Assembly: GCF_016127575.1 (NCBI RefSeq)
Contig: NZ_CP066019.1
Span: 1,290,001-1,322,000, forward strand
From: Cupriavidus necator
Lineage (GTDB): Bacteria; Pseudomonadota; Gammaproteobacteria; Burkholderiales; Burkholderiaceae
Direction of reading: 5' to 3'
Length of the DNA: 32,000 bases
Shown here: piece after piece, positions 22,047-30,862 of the stretch
Layout: each line of letters starts with the position of its first letter
How positions within the stretch are numbered: the first letter of the stretch is position 1
The notes under the pieces: generated by a model
Told to the model about the DNA's origin: nothing
Seen by the model: only the letters and a program-made list of their open reading frames with translations
The model's database searches: none
Program-made: the position numbers and the translations under genes

Positions 22047-23645
22047 ATGTCACAGATCGCCACGCCACGCCTGTCCATTCCCCATACCTTGCCCGCCGCC
22101 GGGCCGGGGGCCCGCCGCCGGGCGGCGCGGGCGGGTGTGCGGATCGCAGCCTGGCTTGGTGGCAGCGCGCTGGCGCTGTGTGCCATGGCAGCCCAGGCGT
22201 TCGATTTCGACACGGTGGCGGCGCGCGCGCGCCAGCTGGCAGCCTCGCCTTACAAGGCGCCCCCGCAGAACCTGCCGCGCGAGTTGCGCGAGCTGTCGTA
22301 CGAGCGCTACCGCGAGATCGAATACAAGCCCGAGCGCTTTGCCTGGCGCGGCACGCGCGTGCCGTTCGAGCTGTCATTCTTCCACGAGGGCATGGTGTTC
22401 GACCAGCCCGTGCGCATCCATGAAGTGGTGGGCAACAGCGTGCGTGAATTCCGCTTCGACCCGTCCGCGTTCAACTACGGCCCGCACAAGGTCGATGCCG
22501 GCAAGCTCAAGGGCCTGGGCTTCGCGGGCTTCCGCATCCTGTATCCGCTGAACCAGGGCAAGCGCAAGGATGAGCTGGCGTCGTTCCTGGGCGCGAGCTA
22601 TTTCCGTGCGCTGGGCAAGGACCAGTGGTACGGCTTGTCGGCACGCGGCCTGGCGGTGGACACCGCGCTCAATTCGGGCGAGGAGTTCCCGCGCTTTGTT
22701 GAGTACTGGATCGAGCGTCCCGGCCCCAATGCCAAGGAGATCACGATCTACGCGCTGATGGATTCGCGCCGCATGAGCGGCGCGTACCGTTTCACCATCA
22801 AGCCCGGCGCCGAGACCGCGATGGAGGTCAAGTCGCGCCTCTACCTGCGCGAGAACGTGACCAAGCTGGGCCTGGCGCCGCTGACCAGCATGTTCCTGTT
22901 CGGCGAGAACCAGCCGTCGCCCGCACAGGATTTCCGTCCCGAGGTGCATGACTCTGACGGCCTGTCGATCCACCTGGGCACCGGCGAATGGGTCTGGCGC
23001 CCGCTGGTCAATCCCAAGCGCTTGCTGGTCACCTCGTTCGCGGCGACCAATCCGCAGGGCTTCGGGCTGATGCAGCGCGACCGCACCTTCAACAGCTACC
23101 AGGAGATCGGATCGTGGTATGAGCGCCGGCCGAGTGGCTGGGTGCAGCCGCGAGGCAACTGGGGCTCGGGCCGGGTAGAGCTGGTGCTGATCCCGACGCC
23201 GGACGAGACCAACGACAATATCGTCGCGTACTGGGTGCCGGACAACCCGCCCAAGCCGAAGCAACCCTTCGACTATGAGTACCGGCTGCTGTGGCAGAAG
23301 GACGGCGAACAACAACCGCCGCTGTCGTGGGTGACCCAGACCCGGTTGGGGCAGGGCCAGACCCGCAACAAGGAAGACACGAGCTTTTCGCTGGTGGTGG
23401 ACTTCGAAGGCCCTGCCTTCGGCAAGCTGCCGGCGAACGTGCGCATCGACCCGGTAGTTTCGGCCGATGCCAACGGTGAGCTGCTGAAAACGTCGGTGCA
23501 GCGCAATGAGGCGACCGGCGGCTGGCGCATGACCATGGTGATGCGCCGCAAGGACGAAACCAAGCCGGTTGAGTTGCGCGGCTATCTTCGCAACGGCAAT
23601 ACAACCCTATCCGAGACATGGAGCTACATCTTACCCCCAGGCTAA
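22047..23645 (+). CDS. opgG: Periplasmic osmoregulated-glucan biosynthesis protein OpgG (MdoG)
   Basis: FDFDTVAARARQLAASPYKAPP..LP..L..LSYE.YR.I.YKPE...W......F.L.FFH.G..FD.PV.I..V.....R...FDP..F.YG, ...FAGFR..YPLN......ELASFLGASYFRA.G....YGLSARGLA.DT....EEFP.F.E.WIERP are MdoG/MdoD hallmarks. It lies directly upstream of opgH. The start is ATG 22047 (or 22008), and a signal ends ...LALCAMAAQA. Confidence 0.9.
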   Translation: MSQIATPRLSIPHTLPAAGPGARRRAARAGVRIAAWLGGSALALCAMAAQAFDFDTVAARARQLAASPYKAPPQNLPRELRELSYERYREIEYKPERFAWRGTRVPFELSFFHEGMVFDQPVRIHEVVGNSVREFRFDPSAFNYGPHKVDAGKLKGLGFAGFRILYPLNQGKRKDELASFLGASYFRALGKDQWYGLSARGLAVDTALNSGEEFPRFVEYWIERPGPNAKEITIYALMDSRRMSGAYRFTIKPGAETAMEVKSRLYLRENVTKLGLAPLTSMFLFGENQPSPAQDFRPEVHDSDGLSIHLGTGEWVWRPLVNPKRLLVTSFAATNPQGFGLMQRDRTFNSYQEIGSWYERRPSGWVQPRGNWGSGRVELVLIPTPDETNDNIVAYWVPDNPPKPKQPFDYEYRLLWQKDGEQQPPLSWVTQTRLGQGQTRNKEDTSFSLVVDFEGPAFGKLPANVRIDPVVSADANGELLKTSVQRNEATGGWRMTMVMRRKDETKPVELRGYLRNGNTTLSETWSYILPPG

Positions 23646-26230
23646 AGCAGCGACCGGCCAAGGCGGCGGCATGCGAGCGCTATGTCGACCGCCTGCCGGT
23701 ATCGCCTGAAGTGCGCAGCGAACTGCTGGCAGACGGCGCGCCCGCGACGCCGGTCGCACCGGTCACGCCCGTGGCATCCGTTGCCCCCGTGATCGCCGTT
23801 ACCGCCGACGGCCGCGATGCGCAGGACGCGATCACGCGCCTGCAGTCGCGCCTGGCGGCCAAGGACACGCCGCCCGCGCAAGGCGGCAGTGCCTACGCCT
23901 CTGTCGGCCGGCGTTTCACGATCGCATACGGCAATCCCCAGGTGGATGGCGCACCGCTGCTGCAGCGGCGCGAAGACGGCACCGTGAAGGTCGACACCGG
24001 CCCCGAGCCCGAGCGCAGCTCGATGGTGCCGCGCCAATGGCCGCCGCATATCGTCACCGGCTGGCTGCGCAATACCTGGCGCCGCATGCTCGGCCGCCCG
24101 CCCGTGCCCGAGACCTGGGACACGCTGCACGACGGTCCCGATGCCGAAGGCAAATGGCATCCCGCCGGCTCGCACCGACGCTGGTTCCTGCTGGGCCTGG
24201 TCGTGATCCAGACCGTGCTGGCCACCTACTTCATGAGCAACGTGCTGCCATACCACGGCGCCGATCCGCTCGAGATCGCCATCCTGGTGCTGTTCGCCGT
24301 CCTGTTCTCATGGGTGTCGGCCGGCTTCTGGACGGCAATGATGGGCTTCCTGGTGCTGGCCAAGGGCGGCGACCGCCACCTGATCTCGCGCTCGGCCGCG
24401 CCCGACGGGCCGATAGCGCCCGAGGCGCGCACCGCGATCATCATGCCGATCTGCAATGAGGACGTGACGCGCGTGTTCGCGGGGTTGCGCGCCACCTATG
24501 AATCGCTGGCGCGCACCAGCCACCTGTCCAACTTCGATTTCATCGTGCTGTCGGACAGTGGCAATCCGGACCTGCGCACCGCCGAGCATGACGCGTGGAT
24601 GGAGCTGTGCCGCGCCGTCGGCGGCTTTGGCCGCATCTTCTACCGCTGGCGCCGCCACCGCGTGAAGCGCAAGACCGGCAACGTGGCCGACTTCTGCCGC
24701 CGCTGGGGCAGCAAGTACCGCTACATGGTGGTACTCGATGCCGACAGCGTGATGAGCGGCGACTGCCTGGCCACGCTGGTGCGGCTGATGGAAGCCAACC
24801 CCGGCGCGGGCATCATCCAGTCCGCACCCCTGGCAGTGGGTCGCGAGACCCTCTACGCGCGCGTGCAGCAGTTCGCCACGCGCGTGTACGGGCCGCTGTT
24901 CACGGCCGGCCTGCATTACTGGCAGCTGGGTGAATCGCACTACTGGGGCCATAACGCCATCATCCGCGTGCATCCGTTCATCGAGCACTGCGCGCTGGCG
25001 CCGTTGCCCGGCCGCGGCCCGCTGTCGGGTGAGATCCTGTCGCACGACTTTGTCGAAGCCGCGCTGATGCGCCGTGCCGGCTGGGGCGTGTGGATCGCCT
25101 ACGACCTGGAAGGCTCGTACGAAGAACTGCCGCCGAACCTGCTGGACGAGGTCAAGCGCGACCGCCGCTGGTGCCAGGGCAACCTGATGAACTTCAGGCT
25201 GTGGCTCAAGCAGGGCTTCCACGTGGTGCACCGCGCGGTGTTCCTGACCGGCATCATGGCCTACCTGTCGGCGCCGTTGTGGCTGCTGTTCCTGCTGCTG
25301 TCCACGGCGATGCTGGCCAAGCACGCGCTGGTGCCGCCGGAGTACTTCACGCAGCAATACCAGCTGTTCCCGACCTGGCCCGAATGGCATCCGGAAAAAG
25401 CGCTGGCCTTGTTCTCCGCCACGGCCACGCTGCTGTTCCTGCCCAAGCTGGCCAGCGTGGTGCTGCTGCTGAAGCAGGCGCGCCGTTATGGCGGGGCGGT
25501 GCAGCTGATTGCCAGCATGCTGATCGAGGTGATGCTGTCCGCGCTGCTGGCGCCCACGCGCATGCTGTTCCACACCAAGTTCGTGATCGCCGCGTACAGC
25601 GGCTGGGGCATCTCGTGGAAGTCGCCCCCGCGCGAAGACGCCGAGACCAGCTGGGGCGAAGCATTCCGTCGCCACGGCTGGCACACCGCCCTGGGCCTGG
25701 CTTGGGGTGGCCTGGTGTACTGGCTGAACCCGTCCTACGTGCTGTGGCTGCTGCCGATCGTGGGCTCGCTGGCGCTGTCGATCCCGTTGTCGGTGATGCT
25801 GTCGCGGGTGTCGTTCGGTCGCGCCTCGCGCAATGCGGGCCTCTTCATGATCCCCGAGGAGACGCAGGTACCGCGCGAGATCGTCGAGACGCAGCAGCAT
25901 GTCGAAGCCGCGGCCGAAACGCCTGACTTTGTCGATGCCGTGGTGGACCCGGTTACCAATGCGCTGATGTGCGCGACCGCCACGCCGCGCGTGGTGCAGC
26001 CGGAATCGGCACGCAAGCGCCATGAGGCCCTGGTCGAGCATGCGCTCACGCATGGCCCGCGCGCGCTGACGCCCGCGCAGAAGCATGTGCTGCTGGGCAA
26101 TCCGTTTGCACTGGCACGCCTGCATGAACTGGTGTGGGGCTCGCCGCTGGCCGATGCCGGCTGGAAGGACACGCGCATCCTGGTGCGGCGCGCGGCCAAC
26201 GTGCTGCCGCTGCGCCCGCGCGCTGCCTGA
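23618..26230 (+). CDS. opgH: Osmoregulated periplasmic glucan glucosyltransferase OpgH (MdoH), GT2 family
   Basis: Long near-identical blocks to E. coli MdoH as I recall it: RTAIIMPICNEDV.RVFAGLRAT.ES, FYR.RR.RVKRK.GN..DFCRRWGS.Y.YMVVLDADSVM.GDCL..LVRLMEANP.AGIIQS.P, FATRVYGPLFTAGLH.WQLGESHYWGHNAIIRV.PFIEHCALAPLPG, ILSHDFVEAALMRRAGWGVWIAYDL.GSYEELPPNLLDE.KRDRRWC.GNLMNFRL. The only in-frame ATG upstream of the conserved ERYVDRLP block is 23618, which overlaps opgG by 28 nt. Confidence 0.95.
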   Translation: MELHLTPRLKQRPAKAAACERYVDRLPVSPEVRSELLADGAPATPVAPVTPVASVAPVIAVTADGRDAQDAITRLQSRLAAKDTPPAQGGSAYASVGRRFTIAYGNPQVDGAPLLQRREDGTVKVDTGPEPERSSMVPRQWPPHIVTGWLRNTWRRMLGRPPVPETWDTLHDGPDAEGKWHPAGSHRRWFLLGLVVIQTVLATYFMSNVLPYHGADPLEIAILVLFAVLFSWVSAGFWTAMMGFLVLAKGGDRHLISRSAAPDGPIAPEARTAIIMPICNEDVTRVFAGLRATYESLARTSHLSNFDFIVLSDSGNPDLRTAEHDAWMELCRAVGGFGRIFYRWRRHRVKRKTGNVADFCRRWGSKYRYMVVLDADSVMSGDCLATLVRLMEANPGAGIIQSAPLAVGRETLYARVQQFATRVYGPLFTAGLHYWQLGESHYWGHNAIIRVHPFIEHCALAPLPGRGPLSGEILSHDFVEAALMRRAGWGVWIAYDLEGSYEELPPNLLDEVKRDRRWCQGNLMNFRLWLKQGFHVVHRAVFLTGIMAYLSAPLWLLFLLLSTAMLAKHALVPPEYFTQQYQLFPTWPEWHPEKALALFSATATLLFLPKLASVVLLLKQARRYGGAVQLIASMLIEVMLSALLAPTRMLFHTKFVIAAYSGWGISWKSPPREDAETSWGEAFRRHGWHTALGLAWGGLVYWLNPSYVLWLLPIVGSLALSIPLSVMLSRVSFGRASRNAGLFMIPEETQVPREIVETQQHVEAAAETPDFVDAVVDPVTNALMCATATPRVVQPESARKRHEALVEHALTHGPRALTPAQKHVLLGNPFALARLHELVWGSPLADAGWKDTRILVRRAANVLPLRPRAA

Positions 26231-26249
26231 GCGGTACTGACCCAAACGA

Positions 26250-26284
26250 GAACGGCCCGCATCTGCGGGCCGTCTTTCTTTTGC
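26250..26284 (+). terminator. Rho-independent terminator of opgGH
   Basis: acggcccgc-atct-gcgggccgt followed by ctttcttttg. Confidence 0.8.
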
Positions 26285-26336
26285 GCGGGCGGCGTGCCGT
26301 GCCGCATCAATTGCAATCGATTCTTGTTTGTATTGG

Positions 26337-26924
26337 CTAGCGCAGCGCGGCCGTGCAGATGGGCGCGTTGATGTAGACATCGCCGATGCGGCGCTCGCCA
26401 CGGTCCTTGCGCGTCATGTAGCGGAACATCAGGCTGATGCCTAGCTTGGTCAGGATCTCGACGTCGCGGTTGGCGCAGATATTGCGCTGCAGGGGCGCAG
26501 CGTAGTTGACCTCGAAGCTGGCCAGGTCCAGCATCGGCCCGCGGTAGTTGGTGAGCTCCAGCTGGAACAGCACATGCTTGCCGGGGATCGACTGGCAGCG
26601 GCGCAGCCGCGTTTCTCCGTCGATTTCGATTGGCAGGGCGTCGTTGAGCTGGCGGCAGGCGCGTGCCAGCACGTTGTCGGGCCGCGTGGTGTTGCGCAGC
26701 AATTCAGGCACGCCGGCGGCGCCGGTGTTCTGGCCAGTGGCAGCGCCCTTGAGCATGCGTGACAGCGGGTCGGCCTCATCGATCGCTGGGGCCGGCGCCG
26801 AGGCGGCGACATTGCGCGCCTGCGCCGGCGCGGCGTTGCCGGGCTGGGGCAGAGGCAACAGCAGCGCAGCCGCGAGTGCGGCCGGGCCTAGCGAAGCGGA
26901 AAGCGGCGTGTGTCGTATTCTCAT
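26337..26924 (-). CDS. Secreted hypothetical protein (195 aa, four Cys); no family recognised
   Basis: Internal ATG 26924 of track ORF 26337..27104 gives MRIRHTPLSASLGPAALAAALLLPLPQPGNA-AP (signal peptide). An Ala/Pro-rich linker follows, then a globular part ...ARACRQLNDALPIEIDGETRLRRCQSIPGKHVLFQLELTNYRG...LQRNICANRDVEILTKLGISLMFRYMT...VYINAPICTAALR. Codon bias is consistent with coding. Confidence 0.55.
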   Translation of the reverse strand: MRIRHTPLSASLGPAALAAALLLPLPQPGNAAPAQARNVAASAPAPAIDEADPLSRMLKGAATGQNTGAAGVPELLRNTTRPDNVLARACRQLNDALPIEIDGETRLRRCQSIPGKHVLFQLELTNYRGPMLDLASFEVNYAAPLQRNICANRDVEILTKLGISLMFRYMTRKDRGERRIGDVYINAPICTAALR

Positions 26925-27317
26925 GCAGGCTAACGTTGCCGGGACCGATACTGTCGTCCGTCTCTGCGTGGCCGACGGTGTGGCTTGCGCCGACAGGCTG
27001 GCATTGTACCCTCCACCTTGCCACAGGTGAAAGCCGCGCCACCCCGCAAGGGCATCCGCAGCGCCGGATTCGCGCTGCCGTGATCGCAAATGACCTGACA
27101 CCACTATTCACCAATAGCGCCAACTTCGCCAGCATCATCGAACCCGACCTTGGCGGGGCAGTTTTTCTGAACGACTGTTTCAAAACCGGCTACGCCAGTG
27201 CCGTACCGCTTTCGTTATGCTGTGCAACAATTGCGTCTTTTCACGGGTTGCAGGCGCGGGCTGCGGCGCAAGCAGGCTGGCCGTGCATGACAACGCCGTT
27301 CCCCCCGGATACTTCCC

Positions 27318-28523
27318 ATGCTCCGTTCCACCAGCGCTGCCTCGGCCGCGCGCTTTCCTGCCTGGCTGCTGATCTGCGGTTCGCTGATGGCGATCGCGCC
27401 GTTGTCGATCGACATGTACCTGCCGAGTTTTCCGTCGCTGGCCGGCGATCTCGGCGTGGACATCGGCCAGGTGCAGCTGACCCTCGGCACATTCCTGGTG
27501 GGGCTGGCGCTGGGGCAGGCGTTCTATGGGCCGTTCAGCGACCGCTTCGGGCGCAAGCCACCGCTCTATGTCGGCCTGTGCCTCTACGTGGCCGCCGCGG
27601 TGGGCTGCGCGCTGGCACGCAGCGTGGAGTCGCTGATGCTGTGGCGCTTCCTGCAGGCGCTGGGCGGCTGCGCCGGCATGGTGATGGCACGCGCGGTGAT
27701 CCGCGACCGGCTTGAGGCGCATGAGTCGGCGCGCGCCTTCTCGTCGCTGATGCTGGTGATGGGGGTTGCGCCGATTCTGGCACCGATCGTCGGCGGCGCC
27801 ATTCTCTCGGTGTCGGGCTGGCGCGCGATCTTCTGGGTGCTGGCGGTGGCAGGGATGCTGATCCTGCTGCTGGTACACCTGCGCATGGAGGAATCGCTGG
27901 ACCGGCGCCATGCGGCGCCGCTGAGGCTCGGCACGGTGGCGAAAAGCTACGCCGAGCTGCTGCGGGATCGCGAATTCCTCGGCTATTCGCTGTCTGCGGG
28001 TTTCGGCTCGGCGGGCATGTTCGCGTATATCTCCGGCTCGCCGTTCGTGCTGATCGAGCTGCACGGCATTGCGCCGTCGCACTACGGTTTTGTGTTCGGT
28101 GCCAATGCGCTGGGCCTGATCACGATGTCGCAGCTCAACGCCAGGCTGGTGCGCGGCCGCTCGCTCGATCAGGTGCTCGGGGGCGCGCTGCTGGCTGCCT
28201 GTGCGGCGGGCCTGGCGCTGGCTGTTGCCGCGCTTGCAGGCGTGGCGGTGCTGCCGGTGCTGCTGGCGGGCTTTTTCGTCTTTATCGGCGCGCTCGGCTG
28301 CGTATCGCCGAATGCGTCGGCACTGGCGCTCGCCCATCAGGGCCATCGCGCCGGCACGGCTTCGGCGCTGATGGGCACGCTGCAGTTTTCACTCGGGACG
28401 CTGGGCGGCGCGGCAGTCAGCCTGTGGCGCGACGGCACCGCGCTGCCGCTGGGCGTGGTGATGGCAGCCTGCGGCGCGGGCGCGGTGCTGATGCGATACT
28501 ACGGGCGCTCAGGCCCCCGCTGA
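27318..28523 (+). CDS. bcr: Bcr/CflA-family MFS drug-resistance efflux transporter
   Basis: MAIAPLSIDMYLPSFPSLAGDLG...QVQLTLGTFLVGLALGQAFYGPFSDRFGRKPPL..G...Y..A...CALA.S...L...RFLQALGG.AG.V.ARA.IRD...... parallels E. coli Bcr (PLSIDMYLPALP..., GQL.YGP.AD.FGRKP). There are 12 TM segments. Confidence 0.85.
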   Translation: MLRSTSAASAARFPAWLLICGSLMAIAPLSIDMYLPSFPSLAGDLGVDIGQVQLTLGTFLVGLALGQAFYGPFSDRFGRKPPLYVGLCLYVAAAVGCALARSVESLMLWRFLQALGGCAGMVMARAVIRDRLEAHESARAFSSLMLVMGVAPILAPIVGGAILSVSGWRAIFWVLAVAGMLILLLVHLRMEESLDRRHAAPLRLGTVAKSYAELLRDREFLGYSLSAGFGSAGMFAYISGSPFVLIELHGIAPSHYGFVFGANALGLITMSQLNARLVRGRSLDQVLGGALLAACAAGLALAVAALAGVAVLPVLLAGFFVFIGALGCVSPNASALALAHQGHRAGTASALMGTLQFSLGTLGGAAVSLWRDGTALPLGVVMAACGAGAVLMRYYGRSGPR

Positions 28524-28542
28524 TACCGTCTGCGAGCCGTCG

Positions 28543-29397
28543 TCAGGCAGCCTGTTGCGCGGCGGCCTGCTGCGCCAAAGCCTGCTGCACCACCACCATC
28601 TGCGCCGGCATTGGTGCGGCATAGCCGGCCTGGCCGAAGCTCTCGCGGATGATGCGGTTGGTATCGAAATAGACTTGCCAGTAGTGGTCGTTGTGGCAGT
28701 ACGGGCGCACCGCCAGCACCGGGCCGACCAGCGTGAACTCCAGGATCTCGACATCGACCGGGGGCTCGGCCAGCACGTTGGGGATCTCCGCGATGCGGGC
28801 CTTCAGCAGCGCTGCCGCATGGGCGGTGTCGGTGCTGCCGGCAAGCTGCGCTTTCAGTTCCACGCGCCGGTACGGGTTGGCCGTGAAGTTCTGGATGGTA
28901 TCGCTGAAGATCTTGTTGTTGCCGACCACGGTCTGCACATTGTCCGGTGTGTCGAGCGAGGTCGCGAACAGGCCGATCTCGCGCACCGTGCCGGTCACGC
29001 CGCCGATCGTCACGAAGTCTCCCACCTTGAACGGGCGCAGCACCACCAGGAACGCACCGGCAGCGAAGTTCGCCATCAACCCCGACCAGGCCATGCCGAT
29101 GGCCACGCCAGCGGCGGCGATCAGTGCGGCGAAGGTCGTGGTCTGGATGCCGAAGTAGCCAAGGATGCCGATCACCAGCACCACGTTCAGCGTCACGGTG
29201 ACGATCGAGCCGACATAGCGCAGCAGCGTGGGATCGACCTTCTGCTTGCCGAGCGCGTTCTGCACCATGCGCACGACAAAGTGGATCAGCCAGCGGCCGA
29301 TGACCCAGAAGGCAAGGGCTGCCAGGATCTTGACCCCGAATTCTGTCGCGTAGGTGACGACCAAGGCCTTGAGGTTATCGAAGGTAGTGGCATCCAT
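28543..29397 (-). CDS. mscS: Small-conductance mechanosensitive channel MscS
   Basis: AAAGGACTACGCCG-ATG. The product runs MDATTFDNLKALVVTYATEFGVKILAALAFWVIGRWL... It has three TM helices, then FAALIAAAGVAIGMAWSGLMANFAAGAFLVVLRPFKVGDFVTIGGVTGTVREIGLFATSLDTPDNVQTVVGNNKIFSDTIQN, the canonical MscS TM3 plus beta-domain. The start is internal to track ORF 28543..29514. Confidence 0.9.
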   Translation of the reverse strand: MDATTFDNLKALVVTYATEFGVKILAALAFWVIGRWLIHFVVRMVQNALGKQKVDPTLLRYVGSIVTVTLNVVLVIGILGYFGIQTTTFAALIAAAGVAIGMAWSGLMANFAAGAFLVVLRPFKVGDFVTIGGVTGTVREIGLFATSLDTPDNVQTVVGNNKIFSDTIQNFTANPYRRVELKAQLAGSTDTAHAAALLKARIAEIPNVLAEPPVDVEILEFTLVGPVLAVRPYCHNDHYWQVYFDTNRIIRESFGQAGYAAPMPAQMVVVQQALAQQAAAQQAA

Positions 29398-29557
29398 CGG
29401 CGTAGTCCTTTCATGTTGGTGTCCGGCCGGCCGCCGGCACAACATCCCCCGATTCAGCCGGCAGCAATGTGCTAGCCCTGCGCGCTGTTGCGGCGCAATA
29501 CATGGGCACGGCAATTATTGAGACGCCGTACCGGAAGTGCAAGCAAATTATTGTTAA

Positions 29558-29582
29558 GACAAGCTGCCTTGCGCAGCTTGTC
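29558..29582 (-). terminator. Candidate terminator downstream of amt
   Basis: gacaagctg-ccttgcg-cagcttgtc is a 9-bp perfect stem. On the minus strand it is followed by ttaacaataattt, which is A/T-rich but not a clean U-run. It lies 29 nt after the amt stop. Confidence 0.45.
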
Positions 29583-29610
29583 AATTTAAATCAGGACGGC
29601 CCGCACGCCA

Positions 29611-30813
29611 TTACCAGTTGGTTTCCCGTTCCGGCGTTGCCGAAATCCGGTGCAAGGTCAGGTCCGCTCCGTTGAATTCGCCTTCGGCATCGAGCCGGAT
29701 GCCCACCAGCTTCTTCAGCGCGCCATATACCAGGGTGCCCCCGGCCAGCGCCACCACGATGCCAAGCACGGTGCCGATCGCCTGCGCGCCCAGCGACACA
29801 CCGCCCAACCCGCCCAGCGTCCTGGCCCCGAAGATGCCCGCGGCAATGCCGCCCCAGGCGCCGCACAGCCCGTGCAGAGGCCACACGCCGAGCACGTCAT
29901 CGATATGCCATTTGTTCTGCGCCAGCGTGAACATATAGACAAAGAGCGCGCCGGCCACCGCGCCGGTGATCAGCGCGCCGAGCGGGTGCATCAGGTCCGA
30001 GCCAGCGCACACCGCCACCAGTCCGGCCAGCGGCCCGTTGTAGGCAAAGCCCGGGTCGTTGCGTCCGGCCGCCCAGGCCGCCAGCGTGCCGCCGGCCATT
30101 GCCATCAGCGAGTTGATTGCCACCAGGCCGCTGACCTTGTCGACCGTCTGCGCGCTCATGACGTTGAAGCCGAACCAGCCCACCGCCAGCACCCAGGCGC
30201 CTAGCGCCAGGAACGGGATGTTTGAGGGCGGATGGGCGCTGATGCGGCCGTCCTTCTGGTAGCGCCCGCGCCGTGCGCCCAGCAGCAGCACCGCGGGCAG
30301 CGCGATCCAGCCGCCCAGCGCATGCACCACCACCGAGCCGGCGAAGTCATGGAATGGCGCGCCGGCCACGCGCGTAATCCAGTCCTGCACACCATAGCGC
30401 TGGTTCCAGGCGATGCCTTCGAAGAACGGATAGACAAAACCTACCAGCACGAAGGTGGCGACCAGTTGCGGGTTGAAGCGTGAACGCTCGGCAATACCGC
30501 CCGAGATAATCGCAGGAATGGCCGCGGCAAATGTCGCCAGGAAAAAGAACTTGACCAGTTCGTAACCGTTTTTCTGCGCCAGCGTTTCGGCCCCGGACAT
30601 GAATTGCACGCCGTAGGCAATGGTGTAGCCGATAAAGAAATAGGCGATGGTCGAAACTGCAAAATCCACCAGGATCTTTACCAGTGCGTTGACCTGGTTC
30701 TTCTTGCGCACCGTGCCCAGTTCCAGGAAGGCGAAGCCGGCGTGCATGGCCAGCACCATGATGGCGCCTAGCAGTATAAACAGGGCGTCGGTGCCGGTCT
30801 TCCAGTCGTCCAT
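29611..30813 (-). CDS. amt: Ammonium transporter (Amt/MEP family)
   Basis: GAGGTCACT-ATG. MDDWKTGTDALFILLGAIMVLAMHAGFAFLELGTVRKKN..N...K...DF, ...GGIAER.RF, FHDFAGSVVVHALGGW..L....LLGAR.GRY, ...GWFGFN, ...DDVLGVWPLHGLCG.WGGIA.GIF are canonical Amt motifs, including the twin-His/Phe-gate context. The start is internal to track ORF 29611..30912. Confidence 0.9.
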   Translation of the reverse strand: MDDWKTGTDALFILLGAIMVLAMHAGFAFLELGTVRKKNQVNALVKILVDFAVSTIAYFFIGYTIAYGVQFMSGAETLAQKNGYELVKFFFLATFAAAIPAIISGGIAERSRFNPQLVATFVLVGFVYPFFEGIAWNQRYGVQDWITRVAGAPFHDFAGSVVVHALGGWIALPAVLLLGARRGRYQKDGRISAHPPSNIPFLALGAWVLAVGWFGFNVMSAQTVDKVSGLVAINSLMAMAGGTLAAWAAGRNDPGFAYNGPLAGLVAVCAGSDLMHPLGALITGAVAGALFVYMFTLAQNKWHIDDVLGVWPLHGLCGAWGGIAAGIFGARTLGGLGGVSLGAQAIGTVLGIVVALAGGTLVYGALKKLVGIRLDAEGEFNGADLTLHRISATPERETNW

Positions 30814-30847
30814 AGTGACCTCATGCTCAAAATGGGAGCGTGAGTAC

Positions 30848-30862
30848 GCAAAAAGCATTCCA
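30848..30862 (-). promoter_or_regulatory. Candidate sigma-54 (-24/-12) promoter for amt
   Basis: The minus strand reads TGGAATGCTTTTTGC, against the consensus TGGCACG-N4-TTGCW. GG and GC are at the exact canonical spacing. The -12 GC lies about 35 nt upstream of the amt ATG, which leaves room for the GAGG SD. Confidence 0.4.

Noticed and set aside
24308-26401. 697-aa ORF on the minus strand, the longest unexplained ORF in the track
   Set aside because: It lies entirely antisense to opgH, whose plus-strand product matches MdoH block for block. Its translation is Arg/Ala/Gly/His/Gln-rich with no recognisable motifs. This is the usual stop-codon-poor antisense frame of high-GC genes.
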